64,000 nucleotides of DNA from Albugo candida (Eukaryota). Below the pieces are notes generated by a model. The model was not told the DNA's origin. It saw only the letters and a program-made list of their open reading frames with translations, and ran no database searches. This document shows positions 12,801 through 26,237 of the stretch, piece by piece (positions within the stretch are counted from its first letter, which is position 1; each line of letters begins with the position of its first letter). The stretch covers positions 62,001 to 126,000 of the forward strand of contig JBDOQK010000008.1 of assembly GCA_040437565.1 (NCBI GenBank), read 5' to 3'. Position numbers and translations under genes: made by a program.

Positions 12801-14397
12801 GAATTTGAGCTCACAACACTGACGCCATCGACTGTCAAGTTGGAAGTGGCTGCTACTCAAAGCATAAAGGTTCGTGCTACATCGTTTATAATCCTTCTGC
12901 TCAAAGTAATGACCACTTTTAGACCACTGCTGGCTGGCGTCTACGAGGACTGGACATGCATCGTATCATTGGAGACTACGAAATTGACAAAGATCTCCAT
13001 ATTGATTTACCAGGCATGCTACTTGATGGCCATACAAGTTTACTTCTTCAAAACCAACCAGCTGAGTATATATTTGTGAATGAGAGCATTCCAATCACAT
13101 TTGTGGCTCTGATGCTGTCGTCCAAATCGTACGAAGAAGCGCTGGATGGATGGAAGTTATCAATACACCACGAGAATACGGTCAATTTCGTAGAAAATGC
13201 GGCTGATGAAGATGCAAGTAGTATCTCATCGAATTGGATTCAGTCGGCTTTTGCATCCAGCAAAGCTGCAAATGTGTTTCGCTACGTCACGGAGGAGACG
13301 CCGATGCATTCTCATGTAATGGAGTACATACTTCCTCCTCAGCAGGTTTATTCTTCATCTTCATCGGCTTGGGAGTTCTCTTGTACGGCATACTTTCCCC
13401 TTCAGGTGAGCGCTAAAGCAAATCCTTTGAATGGCTTAATGTCAAAGAGTATTGCCCGTATAGTTTCAAATATTGCGAGATCTCATGTGTGGAAGCCATG
13501 AAGACTTTGTGTACTCTTTAGCTCACGTGGATGAATGGGACACAAGCGGTGGAAAGTCTGGGGCTTCTTTCTTCCGTTCAATGGATCATCGATATGTCGT
13601 TAAACATATCACAGCGACAGAGTTTCAGGTACGATCGAAATTATCTCATTGTCGTTTTCTAATGTCAATTTGTACCATAGAGTTTCTTGGAGGTTGCTCC
13701 TTTGTATTTCGGCTATTTTGGCACATTGTATTGCGAGCAGAAAAGCAGTTTTCTCGCTAAAATCTTGGGACTTTATCATACCGCAATTGTGAACAAAGTA
13801 GCGGGGAGTCGACTGATACAGCATATTATTGTCATGGAGAATGTGATTGATGACGACACAATCACTCGGCTGTACGATTTGAAAGGCAGCACGAGAAATC
13901 GTTACAGCGTCAAATGCGATAAAACATTGGATTCCTTCACAGTATTGTTGGAAAGCGGCGAAATGTCTTTGACATCCGATCTGCAAGTACTCTCAGCGCA
14001 TCACTCAGTCTTAATGGACGGCAATCTTTCCGAGTACACTGGCGGCCATCCGCTCGGAATGATACAAAAAGACTATGAGATATGGTGGCAATCCGTGCAA
14101 AGCGATGTTCAATTTCTTTCTTCTGTGAATGTAGTGGATTATTCTATGCTACTGGGCTTCTCCGCATGCGGGAAAAACGCGCAAACATGCCGAATTGTTG
14201 TGGGTATCATCGACTATTTACGTCAATTTGATTTGATGAAAAGAATGGAAAGTGTTGGGAAATCAGTAAGCATGATAACTGGACAATCGTCTCCAACTAT
14301 CATAGAACCAACACAGTACGCAAAGCGATTTTTAGAGGCAATGCAGCGATATGTAATGCCTGTTCCGTTGCATGCATTTAGGAGTCAGGAGGAATAA
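9847..14397 (+). CDS. FAB1: 1-phosphatidylinositol-3-phosphate 5-kinase, FAB1/PIKfyve-like, multi-exon
   Basis: Cpn60/TCP1-like domain 'NPRVLLLAGGISY...SLDTLLEQERSY...VSRVAQEML...LNVKRSTLERIARHTG', a Cys-rich CCR region 'WRWCQQC...CPH', and a PIPK domain 'GGKSGASF', 'MENV', 'YDLKGS', 'DYSML', 'GIIDYLRQF'. Confidence 0.9.
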
Positions 14398-14464
14398 ACG
14401 AACTAATAATCGTATCTATTGCATACCGAACCGAACGTAAGGAGTAATTCCTAAAACGACACGC

Positions 14465-15783
14465 ATGGCTGGATTTTTGGATTTGGATGTCAATCGAGCC
14501 AACTATCGCGCTTGTGTGCAGTATCAGTCGACTGAAGCATTATATGGTCTTGCGTGGTCCAACAGGCCCAATGACTTGAGACTAGCTGTCTCCACATTTG
14601 CCCAGGGAGTTTACGAGAACAAGCTCAAGGTGAGATTCTCACAGCGCTCTTTGAAGTAAAGCGCTTGAATTATATGAAGGTCCTGCAACCGAATGAGACG
14701 AAGATGATTCAAGTTTGTGAAGTGGATCATCCGTACCCTCCAACTAAAGTGATGTGGTCACCACATCATTTCCAAAATACTGTGCCTACAGATCACATCG
14801 CTACAAGCGCAGACTACTTGCGTCTTTGGAGTGTTACGGATGGAGGGATCGCTCTGCGTGCCGTCGTATACACTGTAAGATTTCTTGTATTGTACCCTTT
14901 CGATTTGATTGTGATAATTCTGTAGAAATCAGAATACGCGACATGCGCGCCTTTGACTTCGCTTGATTGGAATCAGGCGCAACCGGAGATGATAGGGACA
15001 TCCAGTGTCGATACGACATGTACCATTTGGGATCTTAATGTAGGTAAATTGATACTTCATCAGCTTCATAAAGCGTTTGTTAATGTCATTCGAGATCATA
15101 GAATATCACCGCTCCGAAGCAGCAAATTATAGCGCATGATGATGAAGTGTACGACATGGCTTTTTCGAATAATCCACACATGTTTGGCTCAGTTGGAGCT
15201 GATGCATCGCTTCGATTGTTTGATCTTAGGTGAGTCATTGACCTTGTTTTAAATGTGGATCAAGATTTATTCCAAGTGTATATGTAGAGCACTAGAGACT
15301 AGTTCGATCCTCTACGAGTCTCGTGATCGAAAGTCCTTACTCCGAATCGCATGGAATCAGCTCGATGCCCAGTACGTAGCAGCGATTCTCGAAGAAAGCT
15401 CCCATGTTGTTGTGCTCGATCTACGCAATACATCTTGTCCAGTATTTGAGTTGAGTCAGCATAGTAATTTCGTAAATTCCATCGCCTGGTCGACACATTC
15501 TCGTCATCATCTGACAAGCGCGGGGGAAGATTGCCTTGCAATAATATATGATCTCTCGGGCTCATCTTGTTCAAGTGGGGATGTTTCACTCTCCAACAGC
15601 TATGGTAGTAAAAGCGATGTGAAGTATTCTACTCAGATTGAAGACTCCAACGTTTCAGGAGCGATCCCCACATCTGTCCTATTCCGCACGCAAAGTCCGA
15701 TCAATCAGATACGTTGGAGTTCGGGACGGCCAAATTGCGTCAGTATCGCCGAGGATCATCAAGTCTACGCCATAGAATTATAG
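14465..15783 (+). CDS. DCAF7: WD40 protein, DCAF7/AN11/TTG1 family, multi-exon
   Basis: '[11 protein letters not shown]', '[10 protein letters not shown]', '[10 protein letters not shown]...[13 protein letters not shown]', '[14 protein letters not shown]', 'LLRIAWN'. Confidence 0.85.
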
Positions 15784-16070
15784 TTCCCCGACAAACTCAT
15801 CATTCCGTGCGATACAATATGAAGCGTGGCGCAGCGACAAATCAAAGGTGAAATTGTCTAAGAAGTGTTATATATAGACCATTTTCGAGTATGGCAGTGG
15901 TCAGTGACGCAGTGTGAGCACTCTACATTAATTTAGTGGTACCGAAAGGGATATTGGATGTTTGTTGGAAGCTGTAGGAGCAATAGCAAAATACTATAAG
16001 GTCATACATCGCTTGCATGTTGAGCAATCGGCTTCCAACAAGTATCATGCTAGAACGGCACTTAAGCGAA

Positions 16071-16418
16071 GATAAAAGGTACTAAACACTTTCACCCATG
16101 AAAAATGGCTCAAAGTCGTCGAGAGCAACTTGAACAATGGCGGCGTGAACGCGAGCGTATGCAACTAGAACGACGAGAAAATATCGCTANNNNNNNNNNN
16201 NNNNNNNNNNNNNNNNNNNNNNNNNNNNNNNNNNNNNNNNNNNNNNNNNNNNNNNNNNNNNNNNNNNNNNNNNNNNNNNNNNNNNNNNNGATAAAAGGTA
16301 CTAAATACTTTCACGAAATTACATCCATGAAAAATGGCTCAAAGTCGTCGAGAGCAACTTGAACAATGGCGGCGTGAACGCGAGCGTATGCAACTAGAAC
16401 GACGAGAAAATATCGCTA
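16071..16418. repeat. Near-identical duplication flanking a 100-N gap (16071-16189 vs 16290-16418), probably two haplotypes
   Basis: The copies differ by one C/T substitution and a 10-nt insertion (GAAATTACAT) just before the kinase start codon. Confidence 0.75.
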
Positions 16419-18252
16419 CAATAAGCTCCGCAAAAGCTTCCTTTTCTTTTGTGACACGCCGTGTACCAATCCAGGTGACTCCTTCTCAGAAAAATGACCC
16501 CCCTGGTCGGAGTGTACATCGTAAAGGTCTACGGACAAATCATCATCGGATGTAAAGTGTGTTGGTTATCCAGCCTTTTTTCATTCGGTTCTTGGGTGAA
16601 TTAGCTAATCAAATGTATGTAGATCATCAGAGACAAATGAACTGTCTGATAGCAATAGGAGCGCTTTATCCGATGCGTCGATAAAGAAGAGGCGAAAGAG
16701 TTTCTTGTCGCCGATACAAGACAATATAGCACTTGCTGGTGGAGCCAAACGCGTTCTGACACCGTCAGGGGATGACACAGCCTCCACTAATGTGATAGAT
16801 GGCGAAGAAATAAGCGAGCGAGTTGTGGCCGATATGCCAGATGATCGTCTTATAAATGGAGAGAATCTGATTGGGCAAGAGGATAAGATACGTGAATTTG
16901 AGGAAAGAGATGTCTCGGCTGATAAGAGTTTGGAAAGTGTCTCAATCACACGTTTACGGGAGTTTCGTGAAAGTAGAGAGAGTTACAACAGTGATAGACT
17001 CAGTGAAAGGCGATTTTCATCGTTTGGATCGATACACAAGTCCGAGGGACCACTACGTGTTGTCAGCAGCATCGACCAAGTTGATGAAGAAGACGACGAA
17101 GATGATGAAGACGATGAAACGGGATTTATCGCAGCGATGGAGGAGTTTGAGGAAATGTTACCACCAACGAGTAGGTCCTCGATCCTTGATCATAGTGATA
17201 TAACCGACACTGAAACCAATTCTTTCCGAATTACACCAATGTCCTCGTTCTCATCGATTGAGAAAACCCTTACTGAATATCGAAGACGATCATCTATAGA
17301 TTCTCATCAAAAGCAGCACACTCCTCAGCGCGACTGGTGTTTGGATGACTGGACTATAACAAAAAGTATTGGTAAAGGCAAGTTTGGAAATGTTTATTTG
17401 GCGAAGCAAAAGTTTAGTAACGCGACAGTAGCGCTGAAGGTTCTCTTTAAATCGATGCTCATCAAAGACGGCGGAGGCGGTATCTGCAATTTGAAGCGGG
17501 AAGTCGAAATCCAGTCACGTTTGCAGCATCCCAACATTCTTAAACTGTATGGGTACTTTCAAAACGAGACTCATGTTCACTTGATCCTTGAACATGCTCA
17601 AGGAGGCGACTTTTACAAACATCTGAGGAAGCATGGGTATTTTGACGAGGCTCAAGCTGCTTCATACATTTATCAAGTTATAGACGCTTTGGAATATTGT
17701 CATCAGTGCAACGTCATTCATCGCGATATCAAGCCTGAGAATTTGTTACTCGATCCAAAGAACCGTATCAAGCTGGCTGATTTTGGGTGGTCGGTGATAG
17801 CAATGGCACCGTACCAAACCCGGCACACATTTTGTGGCACGCCATATTATATGAGTCCGGAGATTGTTGATGGGAAACCTTATGACCATCGTGTAGACTT
17901 GTGGAGTATTGGTGTGCTGACATATGAGCTTTTGATTGGCAAGACCCCTTTTGAGAATAAAAACCACATGGAGATGTATGAGGATATCAAAAGTGCGAAA
18001 TTCACTTTTACAAATGGACCGAAAGAGCCAAAGCCCAACAAGGCCATGGAAGGGAATTCACTGATCGACTCGACGGACGATCCATTTTGCTCAGGAGAGG
18101 ACAACCACAAACATGAGATTGCAATATCAGCTGAAGCAAAAGACTTTATTCGTTCATTTCTTCAGACAGATCCAATGAGTCGGATGGCATTGACCGATGC
18201 GAAGAAGCACCCGTGGATGGTGATTCAGCATCTTAACTCTGATCGTCGCTGA
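16334..18252 (+). CDS. Aurora-family Ser/Thr kinase with long acidic N-terminus (one intron at ~16552-16622)
   Basis: 'DDWTITKSIGKGKFGNVYLAK', 'ALKVLFK', 'KREVEIQSRLQHPNILKLYGYF', 'HRDIKPENLL', 'ADFGWSV', 'RHTFCGTP', and C-terminal 'RMALTDAKKHPW'. Confidence 0.85.
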
Positions 18253-18747
18253 TTAGTTGCACTGTTAGTGTGTACCATATTCCAATTTCAACAACGTTAA
18301 CATCAATACGAATTGGGTTCAATCTTACAGGCATTCGGTAGCACTATGTTCAGAGTACAAGCATGTATGCGTTACGTGATGTCATCGAGGTTCAAATTCT
18401 TCCACAAGAGCCTTCAATTTGATTTCCTGACACCAGAAGGATCACNNNNNNNNNNNNNNNNNNNNNNNNNNNNNNNNNNNNNNNNNNNNNNNNNNNNNNN
18501 NNNNNNNNNNNNNNNNNNNNNNNNNNNNNNNNNNNNNNNNNNNNNCGTCGCTGATTAGTTGCACTGTTAGTGTGTACCATATTCCAATTTCAACAACGTT
18601 AACATCAATACGAATTGGGTTCAATCTTACAGGCATTCGGTAGCACTATGTTCAGAGTACAAGCATGTATGCGTTACGTGATGTCATCGAGGTTCAAATT
18701 CTTCCACAAGAGCCTTCAATTTGATTTCCTGACACCAGAAGGATCAC
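18244..18747. repeat. 202-bp direct duplication flanking a 100-N gap (18244-18445 = 18546-18747), assembly artefact
   Basis: The copies appear identical and abut the gap. Confidence 0.85.
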
Positions 18748-18983
18748 ATCGAAAGTGATGGTCACATTTGTAAAAGTCATTGGAAGGAACGTTACATGCA
18801 TTATTCTCTATATAACAAGATATATAACTCGCTAGAATCTGAGTTAGCAACAGCAAATCTTAAATTAGACTTGATCGTGAAGCGCATTTCGGGCTGTGTC
18901 GCAAAAAAGTGGTAGAAGGGAAGTGAAGTACACGGTGTATACGTTCACTTGGCCAATTGCATGCTTGTATAGCACACCCATAA

Positions 18984-21670
18984 ATGGTCGCCTTGCCTGC
19001 AGTTACGATTCATGCAAACGCAAGTGGCAGTTCTTCAACCGAAGATATCAAGAACCGTGACTCGCATTATTCAAACATCACGTGTGTCGAATCTACACAC
19101 AAGTCAGACTCGTTGTTATGTCAAGTAGAACCGAATGCACCATCTGTAGTTGCTGAAAATGGTCGCGATATAAAAACGGAAAGATCACAGAGGGAAGAGG
19201 AGTTTAGAATGCAGTCAATAGATTTTCGAGAAATGGAAACGGTAGAGATACAGATGAACGGACTTTGCGCAAATAAAATAAACTTACGAGCATCACCCGA
19301 ACGTAAGAATATGTACGCTCATGATTCGCTTAATTCCGAAAATGCAAGGTGGAAAGGTATGCCTTACAGTAAACTCGAGGATACAGAGCAGTCCGAGGCG
19401 GAAGAAAATAATTGGGAGTGTGGAGAGTCGATACAGCGGGAGTTTGTCGCTCCAAAGTTGAATATTGGAAAAGTGTGTGCGACCGAAGAGACTGGAGAAA
19501 GTATTACCGATCGGACACAAAAGGAATGCAGCAAGGGCGCTATTTCAGGTGAGGAACAAGATTGCTTGGAGCTCAAAAGCCATCAAAATGAGAAAAATTG
19601 GGGCTTGGAACAGGGAAATGAGTTTTTTCGGACAGAAAAATGCGCGGAAGAATACAACTCCTCCGACTCCGAGAGCGGTTGCTGGACGTCAGACCCAAAA
19701 GCTTTCATCGCTGATATGAACAGCAAAGTGCGTGACAACAGATCTGCATTGGATACTGTGCAGCCGTTAGCATCAAATCGGGATCGTTCAAGCGTTAAAG
19801 CGGACAAGTTAGGCATGACGGTGACGAATAAATATATCCGGAAGGCGCCAAGAACGAAAGCTCGAGGTCGAAGATTCACAGCTGTGAGTCGTAAACGAAA
19901 ACTTTTGCATCGGTCTGAAAGCTTCGATCGTATAGAACAACCACCTCGTCCGGATGTCCGCGTCAACGATAGAGAAGATAATCAGGCAGATTTGAAAGAT
20001 ACAGAAGGAGTCAATACCGCTGCTTTGACGGCTGGTTCACCTATCACGAAAACAGCAACGGGTCTGCATCCCATCACGAAAGGAAAAGAAACATGGTCAT
20101 GGGACAACTTTACAGAATTATTCGATCCGCTCACGAAGGAATCAATCGATTATTTGGCTCAAAGTCGATGTAAATGTGCAGACGCTGTGCGCATATACCA
20201 CAAGCTTTACCCTCAAAGAATTTTAAGGACGGATGAAGATTCAATTTGTAGGCAAATTCTCGCAACACACGTCTCCAATCGCCAGGATCGGATGAGTAAT
20301 CATCGTATCAGTGTCAGAGGCAGACACTATCATGATATTTGGGACGAAGAGGATTTTTTATCGCGACAGCAAAAACTTCAAGAGCAAGTTGGACCAAAAC
20401 AAACAATCCCATTCAGTAAGGAACATGTTCTCTCATCGAATCGGCTATTGGTACATGGATACAATGATGAGTGCTTTCGCACATACATTGCGCAATTAGA
20501 ATCAGCTGTTGGGAAGGGCAATGTCACAAACAGCTCGCATGCGCCTCCGATCAATGTGCAAAGTTGGCACGCAGCTGCGTCCGGAAAAGTCAGACTCCAA
20601 ACTCAAATTGTATGTATCTTCATTTTGATGCTACTGCAGCCTGAGTCGACTGAACTTTCTCATGATTACAGTATCCTTATGACGTCGTGCATCCAGCAGC
20701 CGTAAATATATGTCACAAATCGTACCATTCACGAGATGCTCCTATTCAGACCTCAAAGACAAGCCCCGATCGTCGGAGAAAGAAACCGTTTCCAGATACA
20801 ACCATAGAGGCGCAGCGAGCTGAAGAGCTCAAACTAAGCGCACAGGCGTCCGTATGCGACGATACAGAGTCGACGGAGTCTGAATTCCCCGAAGAAGATG
20901 AGCTTTTCAGAGGTTTGTATGCATCTCAATGCAAATTGATGTCGCTTTCGATGGTGAATTGGCGGAAGACAACGCGATTATTGGAACGATGTGCATCTCA
21001 TCGTAAATGCCAATCAATTTTGGATCAAGCCGAGCTTTCTAAACGGCAACTGGAAGCTCTTTATTTGCATCTATATCCTCCGAAATCCGAGAAATTAGAC
21101 AATCATAGTTTGGATGCAATTGCCTCTGCACAATCTTTAGAGATACAAAAGATCCGATCACGTCGAAGCGATTTATCAGAGCATTCCGTCGTGGATGTCA
21201 TCCGTTATGTATTGAAAACAACTCAGTGTAAAGGAATCGAAGCTATCGCGGTCGAAGGATCGATCCTCTTTGCGATGCGTGTGCAAATTGGAGACGAAGT
21301 CGATGTGATCGATCAACACGGCCGATGGAACCAAGGAACTGTCCTGGATAGTCATGAGACTGGCAATATCGCATTACGTCACTTGAAATTCCGGCTTTCT
21401 TGTTGGGGCGATTGCTACGCTGAATGGATTATGGCTACGGATGCTCGTATTCTGCCGCGAGGAATAGCGACCGTAAATGAGAATTTCCCGATTTGTTCAA
21501 TTCCCGGGAGTCACACAATCACACTTACTCTGCAGCACGCCATCGCATTGGAGAAATCTTTTAAAAAAAGAAATGCATTGAGCTCTGCCGCAATGAATCG
21601 ACTAAAAGAATCGATATTCCCAGAGTTGCCCATTTCAAGTAAGCCCAAACGAAAGAAGAAATGCAAGTGA
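18984..21670 (+). CDS. ADA3/NGG1-like protein with C-terminal Tudor/chromo-barrel-like domain (intron 20610-20671)
   Basis: A GT-AG intron joins the two long ORFs in frame. ADA3-like motifs are 'WDNFTELFDPLTKESIDYL', 'GRHYHDIWDEED' and 'EDELFRGLYASQCKL'. The barrel reads 'IGDEVDVIDQHGRWNQGTVL...FRLSCWGDCYAEWI'. Confidence 0.55.
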
Positions 21671-21833
21671 CATTGGAATGTATCAATCCGATCATCATGG
21701 AAACTCGCCCGATTCAGAAATTGCGGCTAGTACATACGCTCCAAAAGTATCATTATTTAGCAATCACATTGGTCATGGAGCCGAAAATCAATTCGATCGA
21801 AATGTACTTTCAACGCAAACGGAGCGAAATCGG

Positions 21834-22952
21834 TCAAATTTTGCAATTTTCAGCATTCTCAACAACTTGTGCTCCATGTTTTTTTGTGAGTCTTTCGGTC
21901 AGCATATCTCGAAATTGACTCATAATGGCGTGCTCCCTTTGCTGTTTTTCTTCAAAATTGATCAATGCAAGTGCCCGCTTCTCTTCAGCGGTATACACTT
22001 GATTTTCTTTACGTATTCGAACCGCATTCATTTTCTTATGCCGACTTCCGCTCATGACGTATCCCAAATCCTCCAATTGTTCAATTTCCTGTCCGTTCCA
22101 TCCGACTTCTCCACGTCGTGGAATTCGCATATTCTTTTGCACAAATTGGGCGATAGCAGCGCCTTCACCCGGTAAAAGCGCTTTGCCATAGCTTAAAGAG
22201 TTACTGGATGATTCATTGCTTTCTTGCAGAGGTTGTGGACCAATGACTTGATGCTCCTCTTCTTTTTCTCGGGCGTTTTGAGCGGATTTATTCAATTCCG
22301 CCTCCTCAAATCCATCGACCTCTGGTGATTCGTTGCCGGATTCGTTGATATCAGAGGAGCTCGGGGAACGACGTTCGATTTTTCGCTTTTTCTTACTTGT
22401 TTTCTTTTTCTCTTTTTTTCGTTTCGATTTGCGTTTGCTTTCTCGAACGCTTTTCTTCGTTTTGCGTTTCGTATTCGCATTCGATTTACTTTCCCTTACA
22501 ATTTTGTGCAAATTCTTTCTTTCTTTTTTGTGTTTGTATTCGTCTGTGGACGTGATGGAAGATGCCGAAGTGAGGGACACAGAGCGTCGTTTTCTCGGTA
22601 ATGAGCTATGTTTCCCGCTATTTTGCCATTTAGATGGCGAGGGACTTGGAATTGTGCTCCATATGCTAAACTGCAAGGAGTCGCGTTTTCGTTTTCTTTC
22701 CTCAAAGAGCTCTGTATCGTTCCAATCTTTTCCATGTTGTCGTTTGGTGTATTGAGTAGAGTTCGGGCGATGACGGCTCCTACTTGGGGAAGCAGTCGGT
22801 GATTTCCTCCTCCTGATGGGTGAATTCGGTCGTGATCGACTGCGCGAACGTCTCCGTCGTCTATAGCTTTTACGATCTCTGCTTCTGCTTCTGCTGTGGC
22901 ATCGCGGACGACTGGATGATCTCATTAAGTTCGAGAAATAGCGTGAAATCAT
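21834..22952 (-). CDS. NKAP: NF-kappa-B-activating protein NKAP (spliceosome-associated, RS-rich + DUF926)
   Basis: RS/K-rich N-terminus and conserved 'YGKALLPGEGAAIAQFVQKNMRIPRRGEVG...GYVMSGSRHKKMNAVRIRKENQVYTAEEKRAL'. Confidence 0.92.
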   Translation of the reverse strand: MISRYFSNLMRSSSRPRCHSRSRSRDRKSYRRRRRSRSRSRPNSPIRRRKSPTASPSRSRHRPNSTQYTKRQHGKDWNDTELFEERKRKRDSLQFSIWSTIPSPSPSKWQNSGKHSSLPRKRRSVSLTSASSITSTDEYKHKKERKNLHKIVRESKSNANTKRKTKKSVRESKRKSKRKKEKKKTSKKKRKIERRSPSSSDINESGNESPEVDGFEEAELNKSAQNAREKEEEHQVIGPQPLQESNESSSNSLSYGKALLPGEGAAIAQFVQKNMRIPRRGEVGWNGQEIEQLEDLGYVMSGSRHKKMNAVRIRKENQVYTAEEKRALALINFEEKQQREHAIMSQFRDMLTERLTKKHGAQVVENAENCKI

Positions 22953-23302
22953 TTTTTCAAAGCTGAAACAAAGCCTTTTTCTGACTCAGTTGATTAGAAA
23001 CGGAAATGGGTAGCGCGTACATCGTAAAGGACGATAGAATAATTGTTTAAGGGTACGTAAGTGCCTATCGGTACCAGAGACATAAGCGTTGAGCCGTCTG
23101 AAAATGATTTTAAGAAGAAGGTATTTGATTCAACTGCTTCACAATTTGCGTAGCTGTTTGCGTACTGTCCTGTTTTTCTATTGCAGTTATTTCACAGTTC
23201 ATATGCAAAGGAACTGATCCTATCTCATAAATGACGCGTACGCACGCGCTTGATACTTTTTCCATCTAATTATGTAATAAATCATCATTTTACTATCATC
23301 AG

Positions 23303-26069
23303 ATGACATTTGTCGATGGACATACTTCTGAGCTCTCTGACGGATTAATAATACAAAAGTATCTGAAGGGAGCACACGACCACTTTTGCTTCGATGTGAA
23401 TCATTTCAGTCCCGAAAATGAATTCAAGGGAACGCATTTATTGAAAGAATGGCATTCGTATCATTCTATGGAGAAGATTTATGGCGATCTCAAACGCCTA
23501 CAAAGTATTTTAGAGACTCAGGTCGTCATTTCTTGAACGAAATGCAGTCAATAAGAGAACTCACTGCTATCCTTAACAGCTCGTGTCAATCATCAATCAA
23601 GATTACAGCGAGTTTCTTCATCTTTCTTTGCAGTTGAAAGGCATCGATGAGGCTGTCACCTCATTACAACAACCGCTTTCGTGCATTTTGGAACGTGTAT
23701 ACTCTGTGCAGGAAAACATGGTACACTTTCCACTGTCTGTCGGATTCAATGAGACTGAAGTACTGTTACTGAGCAGCAGGAATTAAAACAACAAATCGTA
23801 GCGAAAGCAGAGAAGCTACAGATCACAAAGAAAGAAGAAGAAGAACTTGTTCTCAGTGTAAAGTACGCAAAGTCCACGTCAATTATTCCTTCAAATCTCA
23901 CATCACGCTTCACCTCAGAATCTCTGCGAAGCTTTCGTTGATTGAGGATTTACTAGAAACCGAGCAAATTTCGGAGGTACAGGCTCAAGACTCTGGCGGA
24001 GATGGTGAAGAATCAGGATACATTGGTGACATTCGGGCAGTCACTCGATGCAATAATGACTCGAATCAAGTGTGTGCTCGTTTAGAACGTGTCGCCGGCA
24101 TCCTCGTCGATGTGGAACATGATATGTCGTTCGGGAAAGCCATTCAAGCAATACAGGTGCATGCGCAATTCAAATTTGCTTCCATTTCGTCAATTTAGTT
24201 TCTATAGCGTGAAGGTACTCGACACTATGCGCTTGAGAGAGCTCTTTATGAGCGTCTCGAGACCGAACTTGTTACGGAAATCTCTCCTGATTCGTTCTAT
24301 CAACACAATCAAACACTCGATCCCCAACGCCTTGGGTGCCTTTTACGTGCGTATGCCATTCTCCAAAACACTCGCATTGCCGAAGAAACAATAGCGACAT
24401 TGGTAGTGAAGCCTGTGGTCGAAGATTTATGCTCTCGTGGAAGAAAACACGACTTGGAGGAAGTGTACAATCAGATTCTGGGGTTCATTACGAGGAAATT
24501 TGGATCTCTGTTGACATTACCCGTGTGTCAAGCCCGTGACCGAAACTCGGTGGATCTGATGGGGAATGTGATCTGGAAGACGATATATCAGACGCTGAAA
24601 AGTAAATTTGGCGATATCTTCGAGTCTACTGAACCGGGCTGTTTTCATCGTAATTACGTTGTCTCGATGACGCTATGGGCTCAGTTGGAAGCGCTCATTG
24701 AGAACGATTGTGCTCGATGGCGATTTCGAACGAGTGAGTGCTCTGTCGAATTCAAAGAGAGGTGGAAGATCGATACGTATTTTCAGGTTCGAAGTCATTG
24801 GCAGCGTTTATGATGGAAGCTGAGTTTATATGCAAACAGATGCGACGACAAGAATTCTCAGAGCGGCTGGAACGAAAAATGGAGTCAAATCACACTACTG
24901 CGAAGACTGGAGACGAGAATTTCTATTTCACAATATGTGATCAGTTGTGGATGTCTGTGGAAGCCTGCTGGAGTGAAAATGTGTTTCTATCAGCTCTCAG
25001 TATACAATTTTTGCAGCTCACAATCGAATTGATCCAATCTTTCACTCTTAAATGGAGCTCTTATGTCGACCACGCAATTGCTCAAATATCTGCAAAAACA
25101 AAAGTTTTTTCAGCACCGTTATCATCGGAGAGTGACATTTTTCACGCAGCCAGCGATTTCCACCTTTTGCGTCAGCGGGTACGCTTTCAGCCAATCTCTC
25201 ATTCCAGGATGGCGAATGAGATCCGATCTTATAGATTCAATGTGGCCTCGTTCCGCTTATTCTTTCCAGACTGAAGACCGTAGGAGTCGACTCTGACACA
25301 CTTGAGCAATTAATCGAAGAGGTAAGAGCATCACTGAATCATCGAAACCATCCATTGACTCATGGAATGTAGCCGCTTGATACTCTATCGGGCATGGAGC
25401 GAATGTGCTGGTCAGCAGCGGCCATTGTCGTGGCAGATGACTGCAAAAAGATTCTTCCGGCCATTCGGTAGCTCGTTGCACGCTCTGACTTTCCACGCGA
25501 TCTGTTGCTACTTTTTGTCCGCTGTAGAAGTGTCAAAGGACAGTATCAGATGACAAATAGAGCCTCACCAACGGCTCCATCCATTTATGTGTCGAGTATC
25601 ATTCGGTATGTTCAAATTGGATTCCTTCTGACTTTTTTTGATCCTATTTCTAGTCCTTTGAACGACTTTATGGCACAATGGGGCACTCATTTCCATACAA
25701 ACAATGCCAAAAAGGAATTTTTCGCGTCTGTCTTACGACCTGTTTGTCAAACGTTTGACATTTTGGCCGTACAAGTGATCCAATCTGCTGCTGAATTGGA
25801 GAGATCGCTAAAGCATCGAAAAGCGCAGCGTCAGGGAGGAAGGGAAGGGACTGAATCGTTGAAGCTTTCAGATACGGAAAAAATGCAGCGACAGCTCATT
25901 TTAGACCTTGAGGCGTTAAAGAGGTGAGCGGAGAAGACTTTGAGCCGATTCTGTAACTCTGAGCGATTTACCACGCTGTAGTGAAGCTGAAGCGCTATCG
26001 TTCGATCTGTGCGATGTCGACACCTTTCAACACGCATTGGAGCACCTGAAGGCGGAGGAATTACGATAG
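23303..26069 (+). CDS. COG2: Conserved oligomeric Golgi complex subunit 2, multi-exon
   Basis: 'FCFDVNHF', 'LVSIINQDYSEFLHLSLQLKG', 'FKERWKIDTYFQ', 'YQMTNRASPTAPSIYVSSI', 'SDTEKMQRQLILD'. The last exon ends TAG at 26067-26069. Confidence 0.85.
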
Positions 26070-26237
26070 AAATAAAATGAATTTGCTATCCATCATTTTG
26101 CATCAAAACAGCTCACTGAAATGTCATTTGTCGATATCTTTTACGCGATCTTATACGCACCTTTCCGATTGGATATAAATCACGAGATCATTGGATCTTC
26201 AAAAGTCGCAAACTTCAAATTTGATCGTTTACTTTCG

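Noticed and set aside
18921-18950. Imperfect palindrome AAGTGAA...TTCACTT upstream of the ADA3-like gene
   Set aside because: The stem is short, compatible with chance, and has no other support.
21678-22802. Antisense ORFs over NKAP (and similar shadow ORFs over SPT5, myosin, FAB1 and the GSTs)
   Set aside because: They are antisense or alternative-frame shadows of real genes with no recognisable motifs.
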